Both the position numbers and the translations under genes were made by a program. Positions 47,603 to 58,344 of a DNA stretch of 64,000 nt are shown piece after piece (the stretch's first letter is position 1; every line of letters begins with the position of its first letter). Origin of the DNA: an uncultured archaeon (GTDB lineage Archaea; Asgardarchaeota; Hermodarchaeia; Hermodarchaeales; Hermodarchaeaceae). Under the pieces are notes generated by a model that was not told the DNA's origin, made no database searches, and saw only the letters and a program-made list of their open reading frames with translations. The DNA lies in NCBI GenBank assembly GCA_964347045.1, contig CAYFXC010000009.1, positions 1 through 64,000 of the forward strand, written 5' to 3'.

Positions 47603-48355
47603 ATGACGTATCGAGCTAGTGCACAGTTCTATGATCTGTTCGCGCTAGGAAAGGAAGAGGAAAAGTCATTTTACCGAATGTTGGCTCAAGAAGCTGGTTC
47701 TCCTGCTCTAGAGCTAGGTGTAGGAACAGGAATTTTCGCGTTTTCCCTTGCTGAAGAAGGAATTACTGTAGTTGGACTTGAAAAGTCGCGAGAAATGTTA
47801 CAAGAAGCCCGAAAAAAGCTCCAACAAGCACCTCCAGAAATTGCTCGTCGCCTCCTCTTCATCGCTGGTGATATAAGTAATTTTCATCTTGACCAACAAT
47901 TTCGAATCATCTACATTCCTTCTGGAAGTTTTCAATACCTAGTTACTCGTAGACAGCAATTGGGCTGTTTGCGAAGTGTCAAGGCGCATCTTCACAAAGA
48001 AGGTTCTTTTGTTTTTGATATTTGGGTTGGTGAATCTGACACAAGCGGAATATGGCGGCGGTTAGAAACAGTATCTTTACCTGAAGGGGGTTCTGTAACT
48101 CGGTCTATTTCAACACACCTTCAAGAATCAGAGAATCTCATTGACATAGTTCTTCGGTTTGATATCCAAAATGATGATGGCCGTATCACTGATACGTTTT
48201 ATGATTGGTCTAAACTAGCTGTGTTAACCGTTGAAGATGTTAAATTTCTGCTTGCTGAATCCCATTTTCAAGTTGAGACCATATATTCGGATTTTTCTCG
48301 AAAGCCTTGGAAAGCTGAATCGAACCGTGCCATATTTGTTACTGAGCCACTTTAG
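47603..48355 (+). CDS. Class I SAM-dependent methyltransferase
   Basis: ALELGVGTG, VVGLEKS..ML, GDI..F, HL..EG.FVFD. Confidence 0.9.
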   Translation: MTYRASAQFYDLFALGKEEEKSFYRMLAQEAGSPALELGVGTGIFAFSLAEEGITVVGLEKSREMLQEARKKLQQAPPEIARRLLFIAGDISNFHLDQQFRIIYIPSGSFQYLVTRRQQLGCLRSVKAHLHKEGSFVFDIWVGESDTSGIWRRLETVSLPEGGSVTRSISTHLQESENLIDIVLRFDIQNDDGRITDTFYDWSKLAVLTVEDVKFLLAESHFQVETIYSDFSRKPWKAESNRAIFVTEPL

Positions 48356-48784
48356 CTTATAGACGCAGTATTAATCAACAAGTCAATAAACTTTGAATCA
48401 TAAGAACTGATTAACATTTGTCACGAAAGAAAGAGTGTTGCGATTATTCGGTATGCGAGTCCAATGAAGAGCACCCCTTTTTCCACGAAGTTGCTAAGTG
48501 CTGCTCTCGGAATTCCATGAGCCAATGGACAAAGCCATGTCCAATTTGTGAGTATTAACAAAATAGCATCAATTATGAAGGTTGGAGCTAGAATAGATAA
48601 TACTACTTTTTTACACCTTAAGATAAAGAACTGAAATGTTTGGGCTACTTCTTGTTTAAGCGTTGTACCTCCCCTATGGAACGTAGATTATGGTTTCACA
48701 AGGTTTTTTTTATGAATGGGAACCGAATAGTACCTGCTAATATGGAAATGCTACATTAGTGCCCTTTCTAAGAACTCAACAAAA

Positions 48785-50239
48785 GTGGTGTTAGATTTGT
48801 CTAAGGCTTCGACGGCGTTCAATGTAAATCGTGTAAAGCGTCAACTGGAAGTTTGGCTTGGTAAAGAAAATGTGTCTGCAGCCGAAATCGATAAAATCTG
48901 CTATTCACGAGATGCTTGGCCTCTTCGTCTATTACGCCTTGGACGGTTAGTACTAGAATCACAACCTGATTTGATCGTGTGGCCACGTACAGTTGAACAG
49001 ATTCAAAAAATTGTACAATTAGCGAACCAAGAGCAAATTCCTTTGATACCGGTTTCTGGAGCAGGAGGAGTTGCAGGGGGCACTTTAGCAATTACTGGAG
49101 GGATCATAGTTGATCTCAAGAAGATGAATCGCGTGCTCAAGCTTGATGAAGACTCTCTAACGGTCACCATTGAACCTGGAATCTTGGGCCAAGAGCTTGA
49201 GGAATATTTGGAGGCACGAGGGTACACTTCTGGACACTTTCCCTCTTCTGTCTTTAGTTCTGCATATGGCGGCTTTGCTGCAACTCGGTCTGCAGGTGTA
49301 CTTTCATCTAAATATGGTAAGATCGAAGACATGATAGCCGGGCTAGAAGTAGTACTACCAAATGGAGAACTACTCAGAACCAAAGCTGTTCCGCGTTCTT
49401 CAATGGGACCTGATCTCAAACAATTATTTATTGGATCCGAAGGCACATTCGGAATTATCACAGAAATCATCCTTCGTATCTCCCCAATCCCTCAAACCAC
49501 ACATTTTGAATCTTTTCTGTTTCGTGATCTAGCTTCAGGGTTGTCGGCGGTGAAACAAATATTTCGTCATGATCTAAAACCTGCCTTAATTCGTTTATAT
49601 GATGAAAGTGAAACCCGGTTCGTTTTAGGACGCTTTAAATCGCCACCCGAAGGTGCATGCGTTCTCAATCTTATGTACAGTGCTACTAGGTCGCTTGTAC
49701 GCTTAGAAAAACGGACTATATCCAGAATTTGTCTTGATTCAGGAAGTGAAGCCCTAGGGCCAAAACCGTCCAAACATTGGTGGGAAAATCGTTTCGACCT
49801 CTTCTATCCTTCTAGTCTGAATCTTGGTCCGGGAATGCTATACGATGTCCTTGATGTCGCGGCAAGCTATACGAATCTAGAAAAAATGTATTGGGCTATG
49901 CGCAAGGCAATAGAAGCTACGGGAATGAGCACCATGAGTCACTTTTCGCATTTCTACCCGGATGGTGGTAACATATACGTTATTTTCATTGGTCATGAAG
50001 CATCGCCTAAAGAAGTGGAAGCAAAATATGAGCAGGTCTGGAAGGTTGGATTGGAAGCAGCCCATAAGGCAGGTGGAACACTCAGCCATCAGCATGGTGT
50101 AGGTCTACTCAAGGCACCTTGGATGCCTAAAGAACATGGTTCCTCTGGATTTGCTCTGCTCCAGGCTATCAAACAATATCTGGATCCAAACAACATTTTG
50201 AATCCCGGAAAACTGGGTCTTGGGCCTAATCTAGATTGA
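48785..50239 (+). CDS. FAD-linked oxidoreductase, VAO/GlcD family, alkyl-DHAP-synthase-like
   Basis: GHFPSS, GGFAATRSAG..S.KYGKIED, PRSSMGPDL, GSEGTFGIITE, RLYD, SHFSHFY, SHQHGVG, DPNNILNPGKL. Confidence 0.88.
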   Translation: MVLDLSKASTAFNVNRVKRQLEVWLGKENVSAAEIDKICYSRDAWPLRLLRLGRLVLESQPDLIVWPRTVEQIQKIVQLANQEQIPLIPVSGAGGVAGGTLAITGGIIVDLKKMNRVLKLDEDSLTVTIEPGILGQELEEYLEARGYTSGHFPSSVFSSAYGGFAATRSAGVLSSKYGKIEDMIAGLEVVLPNGELLRTKAVPRSSMGPDLKQLFIGSEGTFGIITEIILRISPIPQTTHFESFLFRDLASGLSAVKQIFRHDLKPALIRLYDESETRFVLGRFKSPPEGACVLNLMYSATRSLVRLEKRTISRICLDSGSEALGPKPSKHWWENRFDLFYPSSLNLGPGMLYDVLDVAASYTNLEKMYWAMRKAIEATGMSTMSHFSHFYPDGGNIYVIFIGHEASPKEVEAKYEQVWKVGLEAAHKAGGTLSHQHGVGLLKAPWMPKEHGSSGFALLQAIKQYLDPNNILNPGKLGLGPNLD

Positions 50240-50240
50240 A

Positions 50241-50702
50241 TTATAACTCTCCAATATCTTCTTGCCATAGCTCTGGTTTTTCTTTAATGAAATGGTTCAT
50301 CATTTCTCTACATTCATCCAAGTTCAGGTTTACAACCTCAACGCCATGTTTCTCCATAAATTCCTTTGCTCCAGGAAATGTTGAAGCCTCTCCTACAATA
50401 ACTCGTTTAATTTTAAATTGAACCACAGCCCCAGCACAAAGGTAGCACGGCATTAACGTCGAATAAAGTGTCGTCCCTGTGTAACTCCTCATTCGTCCAG
50501 CATTCCGAAGACAATCAATTTCCGCATGAGTTATTGGATCATTATCTTGTACTCGTTTGTTGTGACCTCGTCCAAGTATTTTCCCTTCCTTAACAAGTAC
50601 AGATCCAATGGGAATCCCTCCTTCCTTTAAACCACGTTTTGCCTCTTTTATGGCTTCCTGCATAAAGGTTTCCATGATAATCACTATCCTCGATAATGTC
50701 AA
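50241..50702 (-). CDS. Zinc-dependent nucleoside deaminase, yeast Fcy1-type cytosine deaminase-like
   Basis: EGGIPIG, GHN.RVQ, HAEIDC, PCYLC, PELWQEDIGE. Confidence 0.9.
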   Translation of the reverse strand: MTLSRIVIIMETFMQEAIKEAKRGLKEGGIPIGSVLVKEGKILGRGHNKRVQDNDPITHAEIDCLRNAGRMRSYTGTTLYSTLMPCYLCAGAVVQFKIKRVIVGEASTFPGAKEFMEKHGVEVVNLNLDECREMMNHFIKEKPELWQEDIGEL

Positions 50703-50793
50703 CGATGAAAAATCTATTGAATTCGTTCATTAAATCGTTTTTTTTACCCTGTACTGTTATTAAACTCATTAACTCTTCAAAGAGAGAACTTAG

Positions 50794-51996
50794 ATGACGA
50801 CAAAACAACTAACAAATTTACCTAATACGCTTAACGACTATGCCAAAATCAGTCGGCTTTGTAGCCTATGCAGTCGAATGTGTCGTCATTCTTGCCCTAC
50901 TCATCTTGTAACCCGTTCTGACGCTTGCAGTCCCGTGGGTCGAGCACTAATTATCGAACTGTACCGTGGGAGGAAACGCGCCCTTACAGAAGCAGCCGTA
51001 GATCGACTTTTCCAATGCAATCTGTGTGGTGCTTGTAAAGCTTGGTGTAAACCCAAGCATGAACTTCCCCATATAATTGAGCTTGCCCGAGAACGTGTTA
51101 TTGAGGAACATCGCGCTCCTAAAGGAACATTGGAACTTGACCAGAATGTCATACAATTCTATAATGTTTATGCTGAACCACATAACAAACGCTTCGCCCA
51201 AATCAAAAATGCTCAAAAAATCGCATCATCCCGCGCAGCTCTCACCTATTTCGTTGGGTGCACTACTGCCTATCGGCATCCCGAGATTGCCAATGCAACT
51301 CAACAAATCCTTTCAAAACTAGGACTCGAGCACAGCCTCTTAGCTGGAACTGAAGGAGAAGTGTGTTGTGGATCTCCTCTCATTCGAGCAGGATTCACTC
51401 GAAGCGCTAAATTGGTGGCAAAGCAAAACGTTGCAGCCATCAAGCGTTCAAACGCCCAGACTGTAATTGCTACCTGTCCAGGATGTACACGAACTCTTAG
51501 AGAAGATTATCCCAAACTTGGTATTGCGCTTCCCAAGAGGATTCAAGTTTATCATATTACTGAGTTTCTTGCAAAGTATAAGAAAAAGCTCGCACCCTTG
51601 CTTACAAGCTTTTCATCGAATAATCAATCAGTATTTGTTTATCATGATCCATGCCATCTTGGCCGTGAACTCGGCGTCTATGATCAACCTCGTCAGTTGC
51701 TTAATCTGATTCCAAATAGTCGGCTGGTGGAAATGTCTCATAAAAGGGAACATTCTGATTGTTGTGGCGGCGGAGGAGCATTACCGAAAACCTTCCCTGA
51801 CCTTGCCGAAGAAATCACCAGACGGCGTCTGGTTGATGTTCAAAGAACTTCTGTCCATTATCTAGTGTCTGCATGTCCCAACTGCAAATTTCATTTCTCT
51901 GAGGCTCAGTCAATGAACGATGATTGGGGAATAGAGGTTCTTGATGTCATGGACTTACTGGCAAAAGCTCTTAAAGTCCAAGTGCCGGAAAGATGA
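50794..51996 (+). CDS. Fe-S oxidoreductase with CCG domains (GlcF/HdrD-like)
   Basis: CSLCSRMC..SCP, CNLCGAC...C, YFVGC, CCGSP, CPGC, YHDPCHLGR, CCGGGG, SACPNC. Confidence 0.9.
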   Translation: MTTKQLTNLPNTLNDYAKISRLCSLCSRMCRHSCPTHLVTRSDACSPVGRALIIELYRGRKRALTEAAVDRLFQCNLCGACKAWCKPKHELPHIIELARERVIEEHRAPKGTLELDQNVIQFYNVYAEPHNKRFAQIKNAQKIASSRAALTYFVGCTTAYRHPEIANATQQILSKLGLEHSLLAGTEGEVCCGSPLIRAGFTRSAKLVAKQNVAAIKRSNAQTVIATCPGCTRTLREDYPKLGIALPKRIQVYHITEFLAKYKKKLAPLLTSFSSNNQSVFVYHDPCHLGRELGVYDQPRQLLNLIPNSRLVEMSHKREHSDCCGGGGALPKTFPDLAEEITRRRLVDVQRTSVHYLVSACPNCKFHFSEAQSMNDDWGIEVLDVMDLLAKALKVQVPER

Positions 51997-52540
51997 ACAC
52001 AAGTGCGATAACGACAAACGCGACAAGGGCTAGTGCATTTCCAATGAGCCAGCCTTTTTCATACTGTTTAGGAACATAGGTGATATTTCCTGGTGGCGCT
52101 ATCATCCCCTTTTCTATATATTCCACAGCCTCCAACGGGTTTTTCATCCAACGATTGAGTACTGATCGAGTGCTTGGAGCGAGGTCAAGAAAGAAGTGAC
52201 AAGCACAGCCCAGTAAAAAGAGAGCAACGAAATATCTGTCAACAAGCGTCCACCAACCAAGGAAGTACACAGGAATGAAGAAGAGTCCTACTATGACCAG
52301 TGGTGCTAGCACACTATGGGTTATGATTGATCGGTGACCAAGAAGAGGTTTCCAGTGAATATCGAAATCAGGAAATAATCCACCCACCCACGCTACTAGG
52401 AAAAACCAGAAGCTAAGGGTCGCAGGTAATATCCATCCAAAGAAGGAAACAATCCATCCAAGGACAATCCAACCTATAACGAAGATTACTGTTGTAAAAA
52501 AAACATGGTCCCAGCCATTCATGGATTCACACCACCACAT
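51971..52540 (-). CDS. Membrane-bound metal-dependent hydrolase (YdjM-like)
   Basis: M.G..H, GGLFPDFD, HRS..THS, HFFLD. Confidence 0.75.
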   Translation of the reverse strand: MWWCESMNGWDHVFFTTVIFVIGWIVLGWIVSFFGWILPATLSFWFFLVAWVGGLFPDFDIHWKPLLGHRSIITHSVLAPLVIVGLFFIPVYFLGWWTLVDRYFVALFLLGCACHFFLDLAPSTRSVLNRWMKNPLEAVEYIEKGMIAPPGNITYVPKQYEKGWLIGNALALVAFVVIALVFIFPALGL

Positions 52541-52956
52541 TCCGGAAATGAACTTCCCTAAAAATGTTCAATTTCTTGTAAAAATGAACCTCGATTAAAC
52601 AGTCTGCTATTTATCGGCATTCATTAGTTCAGAAATTATTTTTGTAGCACCAAAGTACAAACCATTAAATGCCTTAGCATAAAGGTAGCTAACGTTTTTT
52701 CCTGTTTGTTGAGCTGATATTGTTATCAAAGCGTGAAAGACGTCTTGCCATTCCCCATTCTCTAGAAATGGAATTGATAAATCTGCTTTAAGAACTCGTT
52801 GCTTAGTTTCTTGTAAGAGCATCTGCATGTATTTTTTTCAGCTGAAGCTGAAGTGTCCTAAAAAATGTTCGACCAATCAAAATTGTATTCAAAGAGACTT
52901 AAATTGCCACCATCCCAGTAGATAAGATACACGCAAATTATTCGGGAGGCACTTTC

Positions 52957-53892
52957 ATGGTTAAACAAGGAATACATGTAGAACCAAAAACTGTACAAAT
53001 TGGAGATGTTACTATAGGTGGACGTCGTGGTGAATATCCCACTGTGCTCGTGCTTTCTATATTTCATCGGGGAGATCGTCTAGTTACAAATCCCAAACAT
53101 GGGGAATTTGATATGAAACGTGCAAAGCGCTACCTCACACGGGCGAAGAAACTCACTATGGCGACGGGCACACCCTTCATTTTGGATGTCCTTGCAGAAA
53201 CTCCCGACGCAATGAGTAAATATCTAAAATTTCTAGCGGAAAACGCTGCATCTATTCCATTCTTAATTGATAGTAGTTCTCGAGATGCCCGATTCGCGGG
53301 TATTGAAACTGCTGTGGACACTGGGCAAACACATCTAGCAGTCTTTGATGCAATTGGTCACCACACCACACCGGAAGAACTCAAAGCCCTAAAGGCTGCT
53401 AAAATCAATGCTGCGATAATCCTTGCACACAACCCACTGGATATCCGTCCCCAAGGACGCCTTGAAACGCTTAAGGGCACACCCGATTCTGAAGGGCTCT
53501 TGGCTAAAGCCAAAACGGCTAAGATTTCTAAGATTCTCATTGATACAGTAGCTCTCGACCTTGCTGGACTCAGCATCGCCGCAACTGCAATGCAGTTTGT
53601 GAAAAATGAATTGGGATTTCCTGTGGGAGCTGGTTCAGCAAATAGTGTTGCGCTTTGGCGTCACGCATCTGATATCTCACCAGCTGCAAAACGATATCTT
53701 GCTCCAGCATTATGCACCTACTTACAATGCCATGGCGCCGATTTCATACTGGCAGGGCCTCTTCGTAGGGCTCCACGATTCTTTACGGCTGTCTCAACTA
53801 CTGATGCACTCTTAGCTTATACTTCCCCTGATGGCGCCTACCCTGCTCCAACTCCAAAATTACGAACTCATCCTCGTTACAAAGTCTTATAG
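52957..53892 (+). CDS. mtrH: MtrH-family pterin-dependent methyltransferase
   Basis: IGDV.IGG.RGEYPTVL..SIF, PFLIDS, LIDT, G.PVG.G..N, GADF...GP. Confidence 0.85.
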   Translation: MVKQGIHVEPKTVQIGDVTIGGRRGEYPTVLVLSIFHRGDRLVTNPKHGEFDMKRAKRYLTRAKKLTMATGTPFILDVLAETPDAMSKYLKFLAENAASIPFLIDSSSRDARFAGIETAVDTGQTHLAVFDAIGHHTTPEELKALKAAKINAAIILAHNPLDIRPQGRLETLKGTPDSEGLLAKAKTAKISKILIDTVALDLAGLSIAATAMQFVKNELGFPVGAGSANSVALWRHASDISPAAKRYLAPALCTYLQCHGADFILAGPLRRAPRFFTAVSTTDALLAYTSPDGAYPAPTPKLRTHPRYKVL

Positions 53893-53903
53893 TGATGAAC
53901 AAC

Positions 53904-54158
53904 TCACTTCGTTCTTTTCGAATATTCCGCTAGACTCTTTTGATGTCCTTTTTTCTTTCTCGTTTGCACATCGAGATCGGTTTCCTTTTCTTTATAATCA
54001 GAAATCAGAACTTGTCGCTCTCTGACCAATCGGGGTCGATGACAGCACATCTGCATACCAGTTGGCAAAATCAGTTTTGAGGTAAGCTTACCATGAACAC
54101 GAATTTTTTCACTACAATTCTTACATCTATAAATCGTGTAGTACTTGAATCGCGTCAC
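53904..54158 (-). CDS. Small basic zinc-ribbon-like protein
   Basis: YRCKNC...CC..P followed by a basic tail. Confidence 0.55.
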   Translation of the reverse strand: MTRFKYYTIYRCKNCSEKIRVHGKLTSKLILPTGMQMCCHRPRLVRERQVLISDYKEKETDLDVQTRKKKGHQKSLAEYSKRTK

Positions 54159-54324
54159 AATAAACCCATCTTATAGCATCTGATATTACTAGCCTCTATT
54201 TGGGGAACTCGGGCTTTCTTAAACTGTTGGGTTAGCTGCATAAGTGTCAACATTGATTTGCATAAGCTTTTAACCTTCGACATGTTCCGGTGATTTAGCA
54301 GCAAAGGTAGTAAGTGTATCCATT

Positions 54325-55572
54325 ATGAATGAAAATCTTGGTAATGGTCTCATCCTCCGAACTGGCACCGAATTTGATGTTAATGCCATCAAAGCCCACG
54401 TCAAAGCGGTTCATGGCAAGAATGTAACATCCATGATTGATCGACTGTTTAAGCTACACCCGAATTTCCCTCCTTCTGATAATTTCATTATCGAAGACAC
54501 AAAAACAAGTAAAGTGGTTGCTTACTACTGCCTGAAACTCAATGTGGGTGTACTCGATGGTATACAACTTCCAGTAGGACAAATGGAAATCGTTGGAACA
54601 CTGGAAGATTACAGGAACCGAGGTCTGATACGCAAACTGAATGAAGCTTTCGAACAACGTGTTGAAGAATATAAGTTACCCATGATTATCATCGCGGGAA
54701 TTCCCTATTATTATCGGAAACTAGGCTATGAATACGCCATAAAAATGGGCGGTTCTCTCACCTTTCCGCTAGAACAAATACCTAAGCTGAAAAAAAGCGA
54801 AAAAGAACCGATTTCTATAGAAGAGGTCACCGAAAACACCTTCCATGAGTATCTTCAAGCTCGTGAAAAACGCAATGCCTATCTTGATTTCTATCGGCTC
54901 ATATCTGAAAGTGAGTTTAGTTATCTCTCAAGCGGAAAGCTAAGCGAAGAGGCGGTCTACAAATTCCATATCGTCCGTCAAAATCAGAAGGTTGTGGGTA
55001 TTTTCATTCTTGCAATAGATTGGGGAGCTCTCGAAATTAGTGAATTATGGGTCGAAGATATTAATCACTTAATATCTATACTCCGTTTTTTGAAGAAAAT
55101 TGCTAAACGAAAGCAACTGCCTCTTCGAATTTATCCTCCATCACGACCGGCCATTGCCCAAACTCTTGAAGCGCTCAGTCGATCAAAATTTGGTCGCCCT
55201 TATGCATGGTATGTGAAGATTCCTTCTATCAAACGTTTTCTAAACATCATCAAATCTGTTATCGAACAGCGTTTGGCACAATCCGAATTTAAGCATTTGA
55301 CAGATTCGATACGTATTAGTTGGTATCAGGAAGGCATTGAACTGGTTTTTAAGAAAGGAAAACTTATGGCGATAAACGAGATACCTCGTGATGAAGTAAA
55401 AGACATGCACGTCGCATTACCCTTTCCGACTATTTACCAGCTTCTCCTAGGTCATCGTTCCATCGACGAACTTCATCAAATATACCCCGATGCTGGTGGG
55501 CGCCCCACAAAAACACCTATCATTCGAGTAATCTTTCCCAAAATACGTGCCCTCTTTACTCCCGAATTTTGA
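54325..55572 (+). CDS. GNAT acetyltransferase, Eis-like
   Basis: VGT..DYRNRGLIR.L and GIPYYYRKLGYEYA; about 415 aa. Confidence 0.85.
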   Translation: MNENLGNGLILRTGTEFDVNAIKAHVKAVHGKNVTSMIDRLFKLHPNFPPSDNFIIEDTKTSKVVAYYCLKLNVGVLDGIQLPVGQMEIVGTLEDYRNRGLIRKLNEAFEQRVEEYKLPMIIIAGIPYYYRKLGYEYAIKMGGSLTFPLEQIPKLKKSEKEPISIEEVTENTFHEYLQAREKRNAYLDFYRLISESEFSYLSSGKLSEEAVYKFHIVRQNQKVVGIFILAIDWGALEISELWVEDINHLISILRFLKKIAKRKQLPLRIYPPSRPAIAQTLEALSRSKFGRPYAWYVKIPSIKRFLNIIKSVIEQRLAQSEFKHLTDSIRISWYQEGIELVFKKGKLMAINEIPRDEVKDMHVALPFPTIYQLLLGHRSIDELHQIYPDAGGRPTKTPIIRVIFPKIRALFTPEF

Positions 55573-55588
55573 CCACCACTCTTTCGTT

Positions 55589-58228
55589 TCAAATCAACGG
55601 TTCTTCCGAAAGCTCAGGGCTTGTCTCAGTGATCACTTTTTTACCATTCAAAATGAGCTGGGCTGCCTCCATTGCCCCATCTTTAAAAAGCGGGTAGTTG
55701 TTGTTGCCACATTGATACGAAAAAGTACAAGCCGGACAGCCTTCAAGAGCATCACAGGCACATTCTTTGATAATGAGGGTCACTCGCCGCATTGCTTCTT
55801 CTAAACGATCAAAGAGCAACTTGGCCAGACCACTTCCACCAGGGCTTCCGTCATATATGAAAATGAGCCCTGATGACCCCATTGAAACACCACCAATGGC
55901 TTTCCGCCCTCCCCCTGTTAACATATCACTACTTTCAATGAGGGTATGCTCAAGTGCATGAAATCCCCCAATAATAAGTTCTTCTTCAGCAATCACTTCA
56001 TCGTCACTAGATGGGACATTTGGCTTGGTATGTGTTTTGATTTTTTTCACAGCTTTAATTGGATGTGGTGCTGTAAAAAAGAAGCCTTTCGTGGGATATG
56101 TAAATTGTAAGGGTTGGTCTAGTTCCTTAGTTTTTACAAGTTTGTCAGTATAGATGTCTTTGATGGCATATCCGGTGATGACCTCTGTCATTCGTAGATC
56201 TGCATAGTGCACTGTCATTCCAAAAACTTGACGTGAATCAAGTACCCGTATAATTTCTGGGTTTACATGGCGTATGGGTTGAGTCATTTCACGATGACCA
56301 CGTGAAAGCTTTCTCATAACCGCTCTGCCAACCCCATGTCGATATTCAAATTCCAACGACTCATATGTGGATCCAGCATGCAGATAATAAGCACCGGGGT
56401 GTAATTCTCCCATGGCTACAGGCATCTGCCGTTCACCGATTATTTCTCCTTCATGGATAATTTTCACATTATCACCAATACCTCGAATCGAATACCGAGT
56501 AAGAATACGACGTGCTTCAATGATATTTGGTCTCAATCTCTTCTTCGATTCAGTCAGTAACCCCTCTCTTTGAAGTTCTTGTAAAATGGACTTAAATTCT
56601 CCGAATTCATCTTCAGTAATTGGCGAATCGAGGGCAGCCGCTATTAGTTGATGATAGGCGACCAACTCATTATGTGGTTCTACATATGCAGGGTCAATAT
56701 CAGTGAAATAATCATCTGGGTGTTCCCGATAATATGTACTGATTGCATCGTTTTGACGCAGTGCTAGTACAGCAATACTTTCTTGTCCTTTTCTTCCAGC
56801 CCGTCCAATGCGTTGTGTTAAGCGTGTAATGCCCACGAGCATCGATACCACACTCTCAAGATCCCCGATATCGATCCCCAATTCCAAGGTGGGAGTAGAG
56901 ACTAATAGGTCTAGTTCTCCACACCGGAAATCATCTTCAACCTTCCGACGATAAGTCATCGGAAGTCCTGCACGATGAACTGCGCTCTTCAATTGAGTTC
57001 GTCGTGCAATGAGATTAATCACTTCTGCATTCTTGTGGGTATTAGCAAATACAAGCGTCTTCAAATCATGACGGACCAATTCCCGTGCCACACCTGCAAT
57101 CATCGTGCTCTGGCTTACATGCTCGGGATACAGCATCAGAAAATGAATTATTCCTTTTTTTCCCGTTTCACAATGGATTGATTCTACTGATCGACCAAAC
57201 AACAACTCTGCAAATTCTTTGGCATTAGCTACAGTTGCAGATGCACCTATAAGTTGAAGTGGCGGGCAAATACGTTCTAAGCGACGTAGAAGAAAATGTA
57301 CATTCGAACCAAAGGCGCCCACATAAACATGCAACTCATCTAAAACAACATGCTGTGCTGTTCGCACTAGCCGTCGAATTGGGTCCCTTGGGCGAATTAG
57401 ATGGATATGAAGCATATCTGGGTTCGTAATCAGAATATCAGGTGGTTGACGAAAAATTGTAGTCCGTTCGGATTTTGGGGTGTCTCCATCAAGTACTGCA
57501 ACATCCAATCCAACACTAGCTGCTAATACAGCTAGTTTCCCCGCTTGATCACGGGCTAATGCTTTCGTAGGATAGATGAAAATGGCTTGGACAGTGCGTT
57601 TTTCTGCAGCGCGAAGGGGTCCCCAACCAATCTGGCGCTCTAGTATTTGTTGGATTATTGGCAGAGCAAAGGCTTCTGTCTTCCCTGTTGCTGTGGGTGC
57701 AGAAACCACTACATCACGCCCTTCAAGAACATATTTTATCGCTTCTTCTTGAAACTTAAATAGTTGGGTGAGCCCTTGGCGCTTAAGGACGGACTTTAGT
57801 TCATCGTCTAATGGAGCCTTATCAATGGCATAGCCTGGTTCTGGAATGGTTTCTGAGAATCGTCGATATTTTACTAGTCGGTATGCTGAATCCGAAATTA
57901 TTCGTTGAACAATGTCAGGTAATGTTTCGAAAGAGGTGACGCCTGCCTGCCCTAATTGCGTTTCCCATTCTTCTTTCGATCCTAGTGGTATTCGCTTTTC
58001 ATGTGCTCCACTTCGTGTTTGAGGCTTTCCCTTTCTTGTGGCTTGCTGAGCGGGTTCTCCTTCTTCCATTATATCCATAAATTGAAAATATGCCGCTACT
58101 TGATCGTTCACTTCCCCCGGAATTGTCTGGTGACTGGCGCCGCAGTGTGTACACTGGATCTTGAAATGCTTCCCTAGCCGTCGAACCTCGACATATCCTG
58201 AGCATCGCGGGCAAATCCGGTGTGACAT
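55589..58228 (-). CDS. DEAD/DEAH helicase with C-terminal DUF1998 (Hrq1/MrfA/YprA family) and an N-terminal zinc finger
   Basis: PTATGKT, YPTKALARDQ, TNPDMLH, DELH, SAT, TLELGIDIG, QRIGRAGR, HALEH, YDG.PGGSG, C.C..GCPAC...QC. Confidence 0.93.
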   Translation of the reverse strand: MSHRICPRCSGYVEVRRLGKHFKIQCTHCGASHQTIPGEVNDQVAAYFQFMDIMEEGEPAQQATRKGKPQTRSGAHEKRIPLGSKEEWETQLGQAGVTSFETLPDIVQRIISDSAYRLVKYRRFSETIPEPGYAIDKAPLDDELKSVLKRQGLTQLFKFQEEAIKYVLEGRDVVVSAPTATGKTEAFALPIIQQILERQIGWGPLRAAEKRTVQAIFIYPTKALARDQAGKLAVLAASVGLDVAVLDGDTPKSERTTIFRQPPDILITNPDMLHIHLIRPRDPIRRLVRTAQHVVLDELHVYVGAFGSNVHFLLRRLERICPPLQLIGASATVANAKEFAELLFGRSVESIHCETGKKGIIHFLMLYPEHVSQSTMIAGVARELVRHDLKTLVFANTHKNAEVINLIARRTQLKSAVHRAGLPMTYRRKVEDDFRCGELDLLVSTPTLELGIDIGDLESVVSMLVGITRLTQRIGRAGRKGQESIAVLALRQNDAISTYYREHPDDYFTDIDPAYVEPHNELVAYHQLIAAALDSPITEDEFGEFKSILQELQREGLLTESKKRLRPNIIEARRILTRYSIRGIGDNVKIIHEGEIIGERQMPVAMGELHPGAYYLHAGSTYESLEFEYRHGVGRAVMRKLSRGHREMTQPIRHVNPEIIRVLDSRQVFGMTVHYADLRMTEVITGYAIKDIYTDKLVKTKELDQPLQFTYPTKGFFFTAPHPIKAVKKIKTHTKPNVPSSDDEVIAEEELIIGGFHALEHTLIESSDMLTGGGRKAIGGVSMGSSGLIFIYDGSPGGSGLAKLLFDRLEEAMRRVTLIIKECACDALEGCPACTFSYQCGNNNYPLFKDGAMEAAQLILNGKKVITETSPELSEEPLI

Positions 58229-58344
58229 TGTTCGCTACCACCAGCGAATTCTCTATTCTGGGATTTAAAGCCTTCAGGAGAGCCTATGATAAATATAAAG
58301 AAATAACCAATAGTCAATAGTTCAGTGAAAGATAGAAACAGAAA

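Noticed and set aside
48360-48700. Possible minus-strand membrane-protein remnant
   Set aside because: Only a short hydrophobic stretch with stops and no recognisable family.
52607-52930. 73-aa minus-strand ORF and upstream fragments
   Set aside because: Could be a gene remnant, but there is no motif or clear start to support a call.
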